DNA of 63,795 bases, counting the filler, from Licmophora abbreviata (Eukaryota), in assembly GCA_900291995.1 (NCBI GenBank). It is 10 parts of 10 records of this genome, joined end to end, with 100 filler letters (N's around TTAATTAATTAA, not from the genome) between each part and the next. Parts side by side here need not be neighbours in the genome. Positions count along the whole stretch, not along the records: positions 9,991 to 25,217 come from OLMU01000541.1; 9 more parts are not named here. One strand, given 5' to 3'. Below, piece after piece: positions 11,369-23,838 of this stretch. Made by a program: the position numbers and the translations under genes. The notes beneath the pieces were generated by a model. The model made no database searches. It saw only the letters and a program-made list of their open reading frames with translations, and had not been told where the DNA came from. The first letter of the stretch is position 1. Every line of letters starts with the position of its first letter.

Positions 11369-11809
11369 GTTGACGATAAAACCAAAAGTGTGCGATGAGA
11401 GAGCGAAGTGGCATAATGAATTTCCACGATCCTGTTGGGCCGGTCATTATGCCAGCCATTCTATCATCTTATTAAATAATCCGTAGTCGTGACAGTTCGA
11501 CAATCAACTGATAGAATCCTCAGCCTATGTTTATGACGTGTCGGATGTCGCAGCGACAACCCTGGTCTTAAATAGTACTTAAAGTTTATACACTCCTGAA
11601 GGTATTATAGAATAATGAATGAATCTTCCACAGCGAGCACACCTCCGCACGTCGCCAATTTTTCTTGATTTACTTCTCAGTTTCATGATGACAATGGCGT
11701 GGGACGACGGGCGAGTCGACCCCATCTATCTGTGACTGCTTCTTAATCGACCCGTCTCTCTGCTTCTGGCGGAAATTCCTTTGATCACGCTCGTCGATCC
11801 ATTGTCGTC

Positions 11810-13501
11810 ATGGGAGTCGCCTGCAGCAAGCCCGAAGGAGAGGATTACACAATAAGAGATCCTGACGTCGTAGTACAAGGAAGGCACGTCGACCGAGGGC
11901 CCACTGCAGGCGAACCCAGCCCGACTATTGTCAGTCTTCCGCCACATAGAAAGAGGCCTGTCTCTCAAAGGCGGATGCAACGAAATGGTCGAGGTGTACG
12001 AAACAGCATTCGCCGGGTCGGCTCTCGAGTCTTTAGAACTTCCACCTCGTCAGGAGCAAAACGCCCCGCAGCTAACCGCGCCTCAAACTACAATCACGTT
12101 CAGAGCGCCGTCATGCAGAATTTGAATCAGGCGGGAGCTACGAATCCAAGTCGTTCAGTCCCTTTCGGGGTCGTGGGTATGCGAAATCTTGGAAATACAT
12201 GCTTCATGAATAGCTCTCTGCAATGCTTGTCGAATACGATTCCGCTTACCGACTACTTCCTCGGATACGACTATCGAACGGAAATCAATCACGACAATGT
12301 GCTCGGGACAGGTGGAAAACTTGTTTCGGCTTATGCAGAACTCATAAAGCAGGTGTGGTTGGGCGATACGAGCGTCATGAATCCCACCAGATTCAAGCAG
12401 CGCCTCAGCACGTTCGCTCCACAGTTTGACGGCAATCGCCAGCACGATGCTCAAGAGCTCCTCGCGTTTCTGCTCGACGGTATTCACGAAGACTTGAATC
12501 GTGTCAAGAAAAAACCGTACATTGAAGATAAGGATTGCGATGGGAACAACAACGACCAGGACGCCATGGAAGCTTGGGCTAATTACCTGCGACGCAACAA
12601 GTCGCTAATTGTCGACATATTCCAGGGCCAGTTTCGCAATACATGCCAATGCAAACGATGTGGGCATCGTAACATTCGATTCGAGCCATTTATGTACCTG
12701 TCGCTTCCCCTCTCGCGTGCATGTCGCTCCCTACAGGACTGTCTCGATTTGTATCTCAAACAGGACACGCTGAAAGGATCCAACCAGTGGTATTGCGAAA
12801 AATGTAAGCGACACGTCGATGCTACTCGTAAGATCGACATATGGATCCTACCTCCTATCTTGATTGTTCACTTGAAACGATTCAAGTACGATGAGTTTGG
12901 ACGCGCAGGTGCGAAGAACGAAGCGACATTGGAGTATCCGGTTCAACATTGGGATTTGTCAAAACACATCGTGAGTCGACACGGAGAGCACCCTGTATAC
13001 GACTTATATGCAGTCGCTAATCACATGGGTGGACTTGGAAGTGGCCACTACACGGCTCAAGCGTTGAATCGATTTGATGACAAGTGGTACGAGTTCAACG
13101 ACAGTCGATATCACGCGATGGATCCGCGACACCTGTTAAAGTCTTCATCGGCCTACATGCTCTTCTACAACCGATCCGAAGGCGGAAATGGCAACAGGGA
13201 CGGTCCCAACGATGGCAATGGAAGAAATGTGTTAATTCGCCGACAGAGTGTCAGTCGACCGGACCTGTGGCCGCACGCGCAGGTCCACAATGCCGACTTT
13301 CGGACCTATCAGCGTCCTCCGTCAGTGAAGAATCTGGCCACGCCTTCGGAGGTGGTAGATGACCCGATGCAGCGGCGTCGTGTGAGTGGAGTTCAGGCCC
13401 TATCGAAAATATCTGAGCGGACTGAAGAAAGCGGGCTCGGAGGATCTTCAACTAGCCTTGGTGTTCTGTCCGGACGACTTGAGGGGGAAGCTGACGACTG
13501 A
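11810..13501 (+). CDS. Ubiquitin-specific protease (peptidase C19, USP8/USP2-like), predicted N-acylated
   Basis: Cys box GMRNLGNTCFMNSSLQCL, QHDAQE, two CxxC pairs, His box YDLYAVANHMG..GHYTA..W..FND. N-terminus MGVACSK. Confidence 0.93.
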   Translation: MGVACSKPEGEDYTIRDPDVVVQGRHVDRGPTAGEPSPTIVSLPPHRKRPVSQRRMQRNGRGVRNSIRRVGSRVFRTSTSSGAKRPAANRASNYNHVQSAVMQNLNQAGATNPSRSVPFGVVGMRNLGNTCFMNSSLQCLSNTIPLTDYFLGYDYRTEINHDNVLGTGGKLVSAYAELIKQVWLGDTSVMNPTRFKQRLSTFAPQFDGNRQHDAQELLAFLLDGIHEDLNRVKKKPYIEDKDCDGNNNDQDAMEAWANYLRRNKSLIVDIFQGQFRNTCQCKRCGHRNIRFEPFMYLSLPLSRACRSLQDCLDLYLKQDTLKGSNQWYCEKCKRHVDATRKIDIWILPPILIVHLKRFKYDEFGRAGAKNEATLEYPVQHWDLSKHIVSRHGEHPVYDLYAVANHMGGLGSGHYTAQALNRFDDKWYEFNDSRYHAMDPRHLLKSSSAYMLFYNRSEGGNGNRDGPNDGNGRNVLIRRQSVSRPDLWPHAQVHNADFRTYQRPPSVKNLATPSEVVDDPMQRRRVSGVQALSKISERTEESGLGGSSTSLGVLSGRLEGEADD

Positions 13502-14467
13502 CGAAGCATCCAGCTAGCTAGCTACAAGGAGATATGCTGCAGTGCTTTGGGCGCTCCACACCCGAATATATCGCGCTCCAAACTTTTTTGCAAGCGTACC
13601 AGCTCGCACGTATCTTCGCTCGGTCATGTTTCAGTTGGAGCTGCGCAAAGTCAGGCGACTCTGTGTAGTGTCGTCTATTCACTCACCAAGCTGTCCAACA
13701 AGACCATTTTAAATGCCCTTGCTCTTAATCTTGATATCATAGACACGAGGTCACACCTTTCTGCAATAGCAAGCAAAATAGTCCGTCTCCCAGCGAATAC
13801 AATCGCAGAGCGCTGTCGCTGCCGATAGCAATTCAACGGCAGAACACCGTCGGCCAGAGTCTACCACACCACTGTGTCGGGAGTTCTGCTGAATCTGACA
13901 GGCAGGACAAGCAGTACCAGATACCTCTATTCCTTGAATCTAAGTTACGGAAGCTAGAACAATCAATGGCAAGGTTACGTCGTAGTCACAGGAGTCTATC
14001 ATACTATTGTGTGTGTCCCTCTGTGTAACCTCTAGCCTCTAGAGCGAGTGGTGGGTCAGTCAGTCAGTTTCGTCTGTCGCTGAATGACGTCATTCTGACA
14101 TTTTCCAGGATGCCGACATCGCCACAATAATGGCCCATAACCTACCTGAGGTGAGCAGCAACGAGAAGCAGGAGCACCATCGATCTTGGGGAAAAAGAAG
14201 AAAGGGGACGAGCCATCACTTTTTTCTTTCGGCACCACGCACGCGACCTTCCTCTGAGCTACAAAAAGGATCTTGTATTGCCAGGCCGCTCAGAACTGCT
14301 CTGTCTATCTACAGATTAGCCTCGGTTGTCGCCCTCTATCGCTTTTTGGCTCGTCTAGACTGTTTGTCGGTCCAAAAGTCGCCAGAGAAACTCAAGAAAA
14401 CAAGTTCATGTTTTTGTTCTTCACGACGACTACAAGCTTCCGTTACAGAATACGTGTGTTTTGTGCC

Positions 14468-17359
14468 ATGGTGCTTGTTTCCTTGCTGACTTCCACGTCG
14501 AAGAACGCTTCCAGGCGTCTCGCCGTTCGAGCCTTTACCTCTTCGGGCGCTCTCAAGCGCATTGCGAATCAGGGGCGCCCAATCCTGGGGTCAGTCTTTG
14601 CTACCAGCGGCAGCTGCTGCTCCCGACTTTCGACTCCACGATGGCTGTCATCCTCGTCCAGGAACTCAATGGCAGTGGACGAAGATCTCGATTCCGCCCT
14701 CGACGATATTCTCGGCGAAGCATTTGTGGAAGCCGAAGACGGCGTCAAGCCGGGCACACACATGGAGGGATCCAAGCCGATTCCCAAGACCTTGGTCGAA
14801 GAAGTACGTGCAATTTGTTCTGTAGCTTACCTTGGTGTGTCGTTGTATCTTACCCATTGCTTATTCGGCGCTTCCCTTCCTCGTCCGTTACTCTAGGATG
14901 AACCTCAGGACTTTAACGATCCAAAGTTCCTTTCCGTCACCAATCCTCACTGGGTCGAAGCAGGCCTCGATCAAGCCGTGGTGGATGTGCTGAGTACCAA
15001 AGGTATTACGCGATTCACTCCCGTCCAGGCTGAAGCCTTCGGACCTGCGCTGGCTGGTCGCGATGTGATTGGTCGCTCGCGTACCGGAACCGGCAAGACA
15101 CTTGCCTTTGGACTTCCTGCTTTGATGCGGCTTGTGCAGTTGGCCGAAGAAAAGGGACTTCGTGATGAACATACCGGACATATGAAGCGCGGACGCAAAG
15201 TGAGCATGCTGGTGCTATGTCCCACCCGGGAACTGGCTCGTCAAGTACAGGACGAACTTGCTGGAGTCGCTCGTCCGTTGGGACTGTTCACGGAAGTTTT
15301 TCACGGTGGCGTGTCGTACGATCCGCAGGTAAGTCCGCTGAATTTTTCCTGAACGTATTTGGACTCGCTACACGCGCACGACGAACTCACCCTCTTGATG
15401 CCCTTCACTGTTTGCTCATTTTCTAGACACGTGCTCTTCGCAGTGGAGTCGATATTCTTGTGGGAACGCCTGGCCGCACCATCGATCACATGAAACGCGG
15501 AAATCTAGATCTTTCGGAATGCGAAGTTGCTGTCTTGGATGAAGCTGATGAGATGCTAAACATGGGATTTGCCGAAGACGTAGAGGTGATTCTGAAAGGC
15601 ATTGGATCAGCTAATAAGCAGAAGACTCAGTGCATGCTCTTCTCTGCCACCACGCCACCGTGGGTCAAACAAATTGGCCGTCAGTATCAGAAAGATGTCA
15701 TTTCGATTGATGCCACCGCTGAACAGGGGGGAGCGCGTACTGCCACCACTGTCCGTCATCTTGCCATTCAAGTGCCTCCAGGACAAGATTCGAAGAAAGC
15801 TATCCTGGAAGATATCATCGCAGTTGAGATTTCCAAAGACGCCGATATTTCTGGTGGCGAGAAACCTGACGCGGACGAGAATCCTCTTGCGGCCGCCGCT
15901 GCCGAGAAAAAGCGCAAAAGCGGCAACGCAATGCAGCAAAAGATCTTTGGTAAAACTATTGTTTTTACGGAAACGAAACGAGACGCCGACGATATTGTTT
16001 CAGGTGGAGTGTTCAAGAGCTTGACGGCACAGGTGAGTAAGGAGGCCGTCGAGGCGAGGAATGCAATTTTATGTTGTGTCTCTGAGTTCTGTTCTCACTT
16101 TCAAGCACCCACTCTTTTTGTCAGGCCCTGCATGGCGATGTTGGTCAGAAACAGCGTGACGCCACTTTGAATGCGTTCCGGGCTGGTGCGTTCAACGTTC
16201 TTGTGGCGACAGATGTAGCCGCTCGTGGAATTGATATCCAGGATGTTGATCTTGTCGTGCAGTTTCAGCCTCCTCGTGGTGTCGACACATATGTGCACCG
16301 CTCTGGAAGGACGGGTCGCGCGGGAAATAAGGGAACTTCCGTTCTTCTCTTTGGAAACCGCGAGTCTCGCGATATTGTTCGCATTGAACGTGATTTGGGA
16401 CACGGCTTCAAGTTTGAGCTTGCCGGCCCGCCATCGACGGAAGCGGCTCTTCGCGCTGCTGCAAAAACATCCGCTATTGCCTGCTCTGGAATCCCTGAGG
16501 AGACCGCACAGTACTTCAAGGAGGCTGCAACCGCTCTTCTTGCTGATGGCGAAAGCCCTGAAGATATCGTAGCGAAGTGCCTTGCCGCTATCTCGCGCCG
16601 GTCGGCGGAGGTGCAGAGTAGATCCATGCTCACTGGAGAACTCGGTATGGCCACTGTGGAAATGACGAATTCAAAAGGAAGACCTGTCTCTCCTGGAGAT
16701 GTCATGTACACCGTGTCAAAGCTTTCAAGAATGAGTCGGTCGGAGGGAGACATTGTGTTCGATAGCGATGTCGGGAAGATCCAGAGTAACTCGGAATCCG
16801 GAAGCGCCATCTTTGATATGGGTGTAAGTTTTCGGGCTTAGGGTTCCCCCGACCATATCTGGTAGCCTGTATCTCACCTCTGCCTTTGCTGTCCTGCGTC
16901 GCTCAGGTGGAAGACGCGAAGTGTCTCATTGACTTCAGCAAGAACGTAGACGCTGGCGGCGCGAAATTCTCACTTCTGAAGGAGATGGAGATTGAGCGTG
17001 GTCGTCATTTCGGAAAGCCGATGGAACGCCGAAACGGACGATCCGGTGACCGGCGCGGCGGCGGCGGCTCCCGTGGCCGCAGAGATGATAGTCGCGGAGG
17101 TCGTCAGTACGGAAGGGGGTACAGCAACAACAACAACTATCACGGCGGAAATCATAGATCAAACTCAGGACGGCAGCGTAATAGTCGCGATGGCGGATAC
17201 GGTGGACGTGATGGAGGAGGACGGGATAGGAACGGTCGAGATGGAGGATATCGCAACCGCGATTCCAACCGTGGAGGACGCGACGGCGGCGGTTACAAGC
17301 GTCGTGAGCAGAGCTTTAGCGGAAATCGATATGATAGCGGGGGAAATGACGGTTGGTAG
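14468..17359 (+). CDS. DEAD-box RNA helicase (DDX21/RH3-type) with RGG-rich tail, likely mitochondrial
   Basis: Motifs TGTGKT, PTRELA, TPGR, DEAD, SAT, ARGID and HRSGRTGR. Introns about 14804-14896, 15329-15426, 16033-16124 and 16824-16906. R/S-rich presequence. Confidence 0.92.
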
Positions 17360-17423
17360 AACATGAGCCTTCGAGGCGAAGTCAAGTAATGTGTATAGGG
17401 TCGAATGGAACCTGGAAATTAAT

Positions 17424-18152
17424 CTACTTCTGTAATGCGCGAATGACTTCCGGTGGCGCCTGAACGAGCTCAATCAGAACTCCTGCGCCACCGATAGGAG
17501 ACTCGACATTACCTTTGGGATGAACGAACGTCACATGGTGGCCTGATGCTCCTTTCCTAATTCCTCCCGGTGTGAAACGAACCCCTGCGACACAATAAAG
17601 AACAATTGCGGCATGCGATGTGTATCCAGCTAGCGTAACATTCCATATCGAGAAACAGAATATAGCACTGTGATGCCTGACACTCACGTACCATTGTCGC
17701 TCATCCATGAAACAGCAGACGCAAGATCATCTACCCAAAGTCCAACGTGATTTAGAGCTGGCGAATGCACCTGTGTTTGAAATCAAGAGGATACGGATGA
17801 GAGATTTCGACGATGAAAAGTATCCGTTTTGGCGGAAAACCGTCTCAGTCTCAATCCATACCTTGGGACTGCCTTCTGGGTTCAATGGTGTCATGAGATC
17901 GACCTCTATCGCTGTTGGTGAGCCTTTCTCTCCTAAACACATGATATCTTCGTCAACGTTCTCTTTTTCCGAAGCAAAGCTGCCGATTTTTTCTAGGCCG
18001 AGAATATCACCCCAAAATTTCCTCAATGGATCCTTTTCTAGTGCACCGACAGCTATCTGCTGTAATCCAAGGATCTGAAAGGGTCGACTGACAGTAGATA
18101 GGTGCCGAGAAGCGACGATTCGAAGGCTGTGTCGTAGCGTGAACATCGTCAT
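17424..18152 (-). CDS. VOC/glyoxalase-superfamily protein, methylmalonyl-CoA epimerase-like, likely mitochondrial
   Basis: Introns 17771-17861 and 17585-17691 give [59 protein letters not shown]. Arg-rich presequence. Confidence 0.8.
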
Positions 18153-18661
18153 GGATGTTACGATCGAGGTGGCGAAAGATTTTGTGGGCAGATCTTGAAT
18201 CTGGGGACGCATCAGGGTTCGCATCGAAAGTCGCGCGTGCCGGGAATAGTCGAGCGAGTCGAGTCGAGTCGAGTCTTCCTCGCGGGCATTGGGTGTAGTC
18301 TACCCGCCGTCTGCGTCTCCAGTCCCTTGTTGACGAACTATTCATGCCTTTGTTGACGATCGTTCAATGCAACTAGAAACTAAAGCGTAATACTGATAGA
18401 TGGGACGAAGTAGTCGAAACAAAGTGTCTCATTGCAGAAGCTATTTTCTTTTAGCTACTAGAGAGTAGTAGCTAGTCGTTCTAGCCACCAGTCACTACGA
18501 ATTAGTACCACGGGCAGTCATTCCCCATATCGATCGCTACTTCGTTGATTGACACTGCTACTCTAGACCAAAGACTGCAAATTACAGAACGTACACATTG
18601 TGATTGAAGCCGCTCACTCCCTACGACCAGTTTCCCCGATGAACCCCGCCCATTTGTTGTG

Positions 18662-19741
18662 TTAGACTGCGGCCAGCTCCTGCACTTTGTCGGTTTTCTC
18701 CGTGACCGCCACTTCTTCTTCTTCTTCCTCCTCCTCCTTTTTGTCCTCTTCCGCATTCTGTATTGCATCGTCATCTTCAGCCGGCGGTCTTGAAGGAGGC
18801 TGCGATGCCATGGCTGTGCCATATGGATGATGCTCCATTTGCGGATATCCATTGGGCGGCACAATCGTGACAGGACGCATGTTATAGTGCATGGAATGAC
18901 CAGCGGGAGGCGCAACAGAGTTCTGACTGAGCTGTTTCACTTGCTTCATCGTGGCACGACGGCGTCGGTCACCTTCATTCTTGCGGTAGCGAGCTGTCAA
19001 GGTCGTGACGAGATAGTCTTTTTCGATTTGAGTGCGCTTAAATTCTGGGATGGCAAGAATGCGATCCACTTCGGCTCTCTTTTCGGTAGAGCGTTCCTTC
19101 GATCGACGGTTCTTGCGACCACGTTTGGCCTGATGATCATGATAGAGGTCTCTCTCTTCTTCAGTCCAGAGCTCCTTGGGTTTCGCTTCGATTTCGCGAA
19201 ATCGCTCGCGTTGCTTGGCAGCGCGCAAACGAGCTTGGCTATTCTTGCGATGACGTCGATTGGCCTGTTCCGGAGGGAGCGGCGCGGTGGTCTTGACATA
19301 GTTCCTTGGGATTCCCGGGTAGGACGAGCCACCTGCAGGAGTCGCAGTGGAAGAAGATCCCTCGAGGGGCGCAGAAGTCGTGTTGGGGCCATTCGAAACG
19401 GGAGCAGCAGGATTCATGGGAGCAGGAGGAGGGGGGTACGGGAGCGCCATGGGGCGTTCGGAAGGAGGTCCATTGGGCGGCCCGTACTGATGAGGATACG
19501 GAGGGTATCCATAGCCAGGATGGAATGGATACGGGTACATTCTGTGGTGCGGCGCCGGTGGATACTCGTACCCCGGATGAGGCGGTCGAGCGTAGAATTC
19601 GGGCGGCGGGGGGCCGTACATTCCCTGAGGCGGCGAGACAAAAGGTGGGGCCGTCTCAGGACTCTTGGGGTCGACATGCGATTCCTCTGGAGGCTCCTCT
19701 TCCTTCTGGGGAGACGAGCTCGCCTTCTTTGGGGACGCCAT
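18662..19741 (-). CDS. Pro/Tyr-rich protein with a repeated basic helical domain (putative nucleic-acid binding)
   Basis: First ATG (MASPKK) at 19741; P/Y-rich region, three RKNxxxRxR units and an acidic tail. Confidence 0.65.
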   Translation of the reverse strand: MASPKKASSSPQKEEEPPEESHVDPKSPETAPPFVSPPQGMYGPPPPEFYARPPHPGYEYPPAPHHRMYPYPFHPGYGYPPYPHQYGPPNGPPSERPMALPYPPPPAPMNPAAPVSNGPNTTSAPLEGSSSTATPAGGSSYPGIPRNYVKTTAPLPPEQANRRHRKNSQARLRAAKQRERFREIEAKPKELWTEEERDLYHDHQAKRGRKNRRSKERSTEKRAEVDRILAIPEFKRTQIEKDYLVTTLTARYRKNEGDRRRRATMKQVKQLSQNSVAPPAGHSMHYNMRPVTIVPPNGYPQMEHHPYGTAMASQPPSRPPAEDDDAIQNAEEDKKEEEEEEEEVAVTEKTDKVQELAAV

Positions 19742-20297
19742 CGTCGCTGATCTTGAATCTGCCTGCCTCGTGTTTTGGTTCACGCTTTTTTGTGTTGCGT
19801 CGCCAGGCGCAGCAGCACCGCGGGCCAACGCACGCTGGCCAAGAGTTCTGCGGAGCCAGGTGGATCACGTAGAAAATGTACGATACTGAACTCAACATGC
19901 ATTGTGGTATATTCAATATTAAACAGTAACAGTACCATATGATACGTCAAGGAAGCCAGGAAGTCTGTGTGTTGCATAGGCCGATCTTTGGGTAGAAGAT
20001 TCTCTTCGAACCTTTAGGCTATCATAGCTTCCGTGTCTGTGATTTCGTGATTGCGATTTTTCTGCGATCGCTTCATTCCTAGACGACGCGGCGACATGGC
20101 GTAATGTCGAACCATATTGACCGCTGCTGTCGTTCATATTCACCCACAGAGTCCCCGTCTTACATAGCTGGAGGCGGGTCTAAATCAATTGCGACGGTGG
20201 GAATCCAAAGAGGAATTCTGGAAAGTATCGGCGGCTTCGCACAAGAGAAACTTGTTGATTTTGTCACATCCATCTTTTCAATTGATATGCACGAATA

Positions 20298-23200
20298 ATG
20301 ACCCGCCGACTTCTCTCAACGCCGGGATGGTCGCCGCTTCTAAGGCTTATTCTTCCATACTTATTAGCTACTTGTATCGCACAGCACGTGTATCCGAAAG
20401 AGCGAGAGTATCTTGTTCTTCCTCACGACGAAAATACCGAACAAGGCATTGTTCTACAATTCTCTCACACTCCAGACAATTCAACTTTCCTTGACGTGGT
20501 CGACACCCTTCAAGTATCAGAAGCGAAACGAATTCGAGTGCCGCGCTACTTCAAGACTTTTAAAGTCGAACGACTCCTCGACGAGTTGAAACTCTACAAT
20601 GAACAGGGTGAGCGTTGGAGTGAACGCGTCATCTTGGAAGTCCTCTACTACTCCCTCTTGTACGGCACCGATCATGATCCCAAACTCGGGCAACGGCAAG
20701 AGGGCGACCGTACGCAGAGGCTGGAAATTGCGATCAAGTGGATGGATGATAAGATTGATGTTTGCGAATGGGAGGGGATAACGTGCGGCGAAGTCCCTCG
20801 CGAGCTTCCCCACAAGGAACGACGCTACAACGACCATATGATTTCGCCGACGCATCCATGCAATGGTGTACCTAACGGCGTTGTCACAATTATCGACTTG
20901 CGGGAATATGGTCTGAAAGGAAGGCTTCCGACAGAGCTTTCTGACTTGGTCTTCTTGGAGCGCTTGCTAGTCAGTCGGAACTATCTGAACGGGACGATAC
21001 CGGACACGTATGGGAAGATGCGGGGTCTAAGCTTGCTTGATCTATCGGACAATGAGTTGACTGGAACCCTCCCCAAATCTCTTACAAGGCTCTCGTCTAC
21101 ACTTGAAGAACTCTGGCTCGAGACGAACCAGCTGGAAGGTCCCTTTCATGAAGAAATGCGAAAGCTAACCCGACTGCGCTATATTGACATCGGCGAGAAC
21201 CATCTCACCGGAACGTTGCCGACCGGTCTAGCAGAGCTCACAAAGCTTGTCGCGTTTTTCGGAGAAGAGAATAAATTTCATGGGCAGCTTCCAACCGAAT
21301 ATTCTGGGTTGCCCTTGCTTCGTGTGCTGGACGTCGACTCATGCAACATCACTGGCACGATCCCGACGGAGTACGGCTTGATGTCAAACCTCGTTGAGAT
21401 ATTCGTTCAGGGGAACAGGATCACAGGGACCTTCCCTGAAGAATTGCTGCAGCTTCGACAGTTGGAGTTTATTTTCATAGACGAAAATGAAATGACTGGC
21501 AGCTTACCGTCAGGAGACCAGGGCGTTTACAGCTGGTCGAATCTGAGAAACGTTCGGGAGTTCATGCTCTCACGGAACTCGTTCACTGGAACAATATCCC
21601 ACGCCATACCTAGGGGCCTTTCATCGCTGACCGCGTACGTCGTACTTTGAAAGTAAACAGCAGTCCATATTGTGTTGACCTCTAACCTGTTTCTCACTTT
21701 GATACACAGCATCGATATGGGCTTCAACGAGTTTTCTGGCACCCTACCAACAGAACTTGGGCTGTTGACGGACCTTAATCGCTTGAATCTGCGGTCGAAC
21801 AAGCTCAGAGGGACTGTCCCTAGCGAGTTTGGTCTCTTTGAGAACTTGCGCGTCCTAGGGCTGTCCGACAATCGGTAAGTCAGATATGACCATTGATGGA
21901 TGCGTGTGACTAGTCTACGTCGCTCACAGTTGCCGGCGCTCCATCTTACCTTAAGACTCACGGGGGAGATACCGGAGGTCGTGTGCGACCTCGACTGGTA
22001 TTTCAAGCAGTACTTTGGGTGTGATAGTATTCTTTGCCCCCCAGAGACCTTTCATGTCGAGGGTGCGGCTTCGTGGCAGGGTGGGTGTCGACCATGTCCT
22101 TTAACGGAAGAAGAGATAGCGGCCGATCCAGGGCTAACGAAGATCCTCGGCCGTTCAACTTGTAGAAACGAAACGTTTGTAAACGGCGACGTAGATGGTG
22201 ACGGCGTTCTCTCCGAATGGGAAATACTCTTGCGACTATTTACACACACCGACGGTGAGAATTGGGGGCCGCAGTTCGAATCGTGGCTTGAGTGGGACAA
22301 CACCGCTTGTGATCTTCCTGGAGTGACTTGTACTGGCGGAACGGTGACAAAGGTTGACTTGACGAACGGCCAAATGTGCAGTGATGGAAACGGAAACGAA
22401 GGATCTGCTCAGTCCTGCTACGGCATACCTTCGGAACTTGGGTTGCTATCAAATCTCGAAGTTCTAAATTTTCCCCGCCATCATTTCCTTCGGGGCACTT
22501 TGCCGACAGAGCTTGGTCTGCTTGCGAAACTATCATACCTGTAAGTTCTTGGGAGCTTTCGAAAATTGCGGGGTTCAGAGGACAACCAAATGATACTCCC
22601 TGCCTTTTTTACAACCTAATGGTCTGCATTCTGCCTTTCCTATTCAGAGAAATCTCCGGTGGCATGGTGGAGGGCACTCTACCAAGCGAGATAGGCTTGC
22701 TCACAAACTTGAGAATTTTGAACCTTCAGAACTGCAATCTCCACGGTAGTATTCCGACGGAGCTGTTCAGTCTCAGTCGCCTGGAGAATCTGTCCCTTGG
22801 AATCAACTCATTTACCGGGACGATACCGACTGAACTGGGGGCACTCGTCAGCGCCAAAGAGATATCAATTTCTCGCTGTCTACTGCATGGAACGATTCCT
22901 TCTTCGATAGGTCAACTATCATCTTCTGCGGAGAATATTGAAATCTATAGCAACCGTCTCTCCGGCACTCTTCCCACGGAGCTCGGTGCCTGTACGATTC
23001 TAAGACGTTTCGGTAAGTGGGATCCATCGTCTGCATCCATGTTGGAGGGATTCGAATCTTCACTAACGCTTCGCTGTTTCAGACGCATTCAACAATATGC
23101 TATCTGGGACCATTCCGGAGTCTTTGGGCACCATGAAAGGCCTGCAAGTCTTACATTTAAAAAAGAATGTGTTAACTGGGACCCTCCCTTCTTTGTTTGG

Positions 23201-23798
23201 TGATCTACCTCAGCTGCTATGGTTGGATCTGACATCCAACAAGATCCACGGAACGATTCCTTCGTCTTACAGTGAAACATCAACGCTCAAGGATCTTCGA
23301 CTTGGTGATAACAGGTTGGTGCCGAACGAAACCTTTGCTTGAAAAGATTAGTTCTCGTTCTTGTTCTCGTCCCTCATTCAGTCCTTTTGTGGTGTTCACA
23401 GAATCTACAACCCTATCCCGCTTTCTCTCTGTAGCAGTAGGGCCATCAACGGAGGACGACCCGATTCATTGGGCTGTGACTCGATTCTCTGTCCCCGTGG
23501 GACTTTCTCGACCTATGGATTTGCCTCCGATCAAGAACCCTGCAAAGAATGCCCGGATGACCAGACCAGCGTCTATCTAGGGGCCACCTCTTGTGTTACT
23601 GTTTATGAGGAAGACGTCCTTGCAATGTTCTATGACGTGCTACACGGCGAGAACTGGCCCGAGCAGTACAAACACGGCTGGAAGAACGACCATATCTACT
23701 ACTGCAACTGGGGTGGAATCGTCTGCTTTGACGATGAGATTATTGGAATCAATTTCCCCATAATGGCATCAGACCCTCCAAAGTACTCGCAATTCTAA
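20298..23798 (+). CDS. Large secreted plant-type LRR protein (receptor-like, no transmembrane or kinase domain seen)
   Basis: Signal peptide, many LxxLxLxxNxLxGxIPxE repeats, CxWxGIxC caps and GCDSILCP Cys-rich modules. About five short introns link ORFs 20298, 21672, 21900, 22619, 23097 and 23361. Confidence 0.88.
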
Positions 23799-23838
23799 CC
23801 TCAAATAACCTGCGCCCCAACGCCTTTATGTTAAGTCT

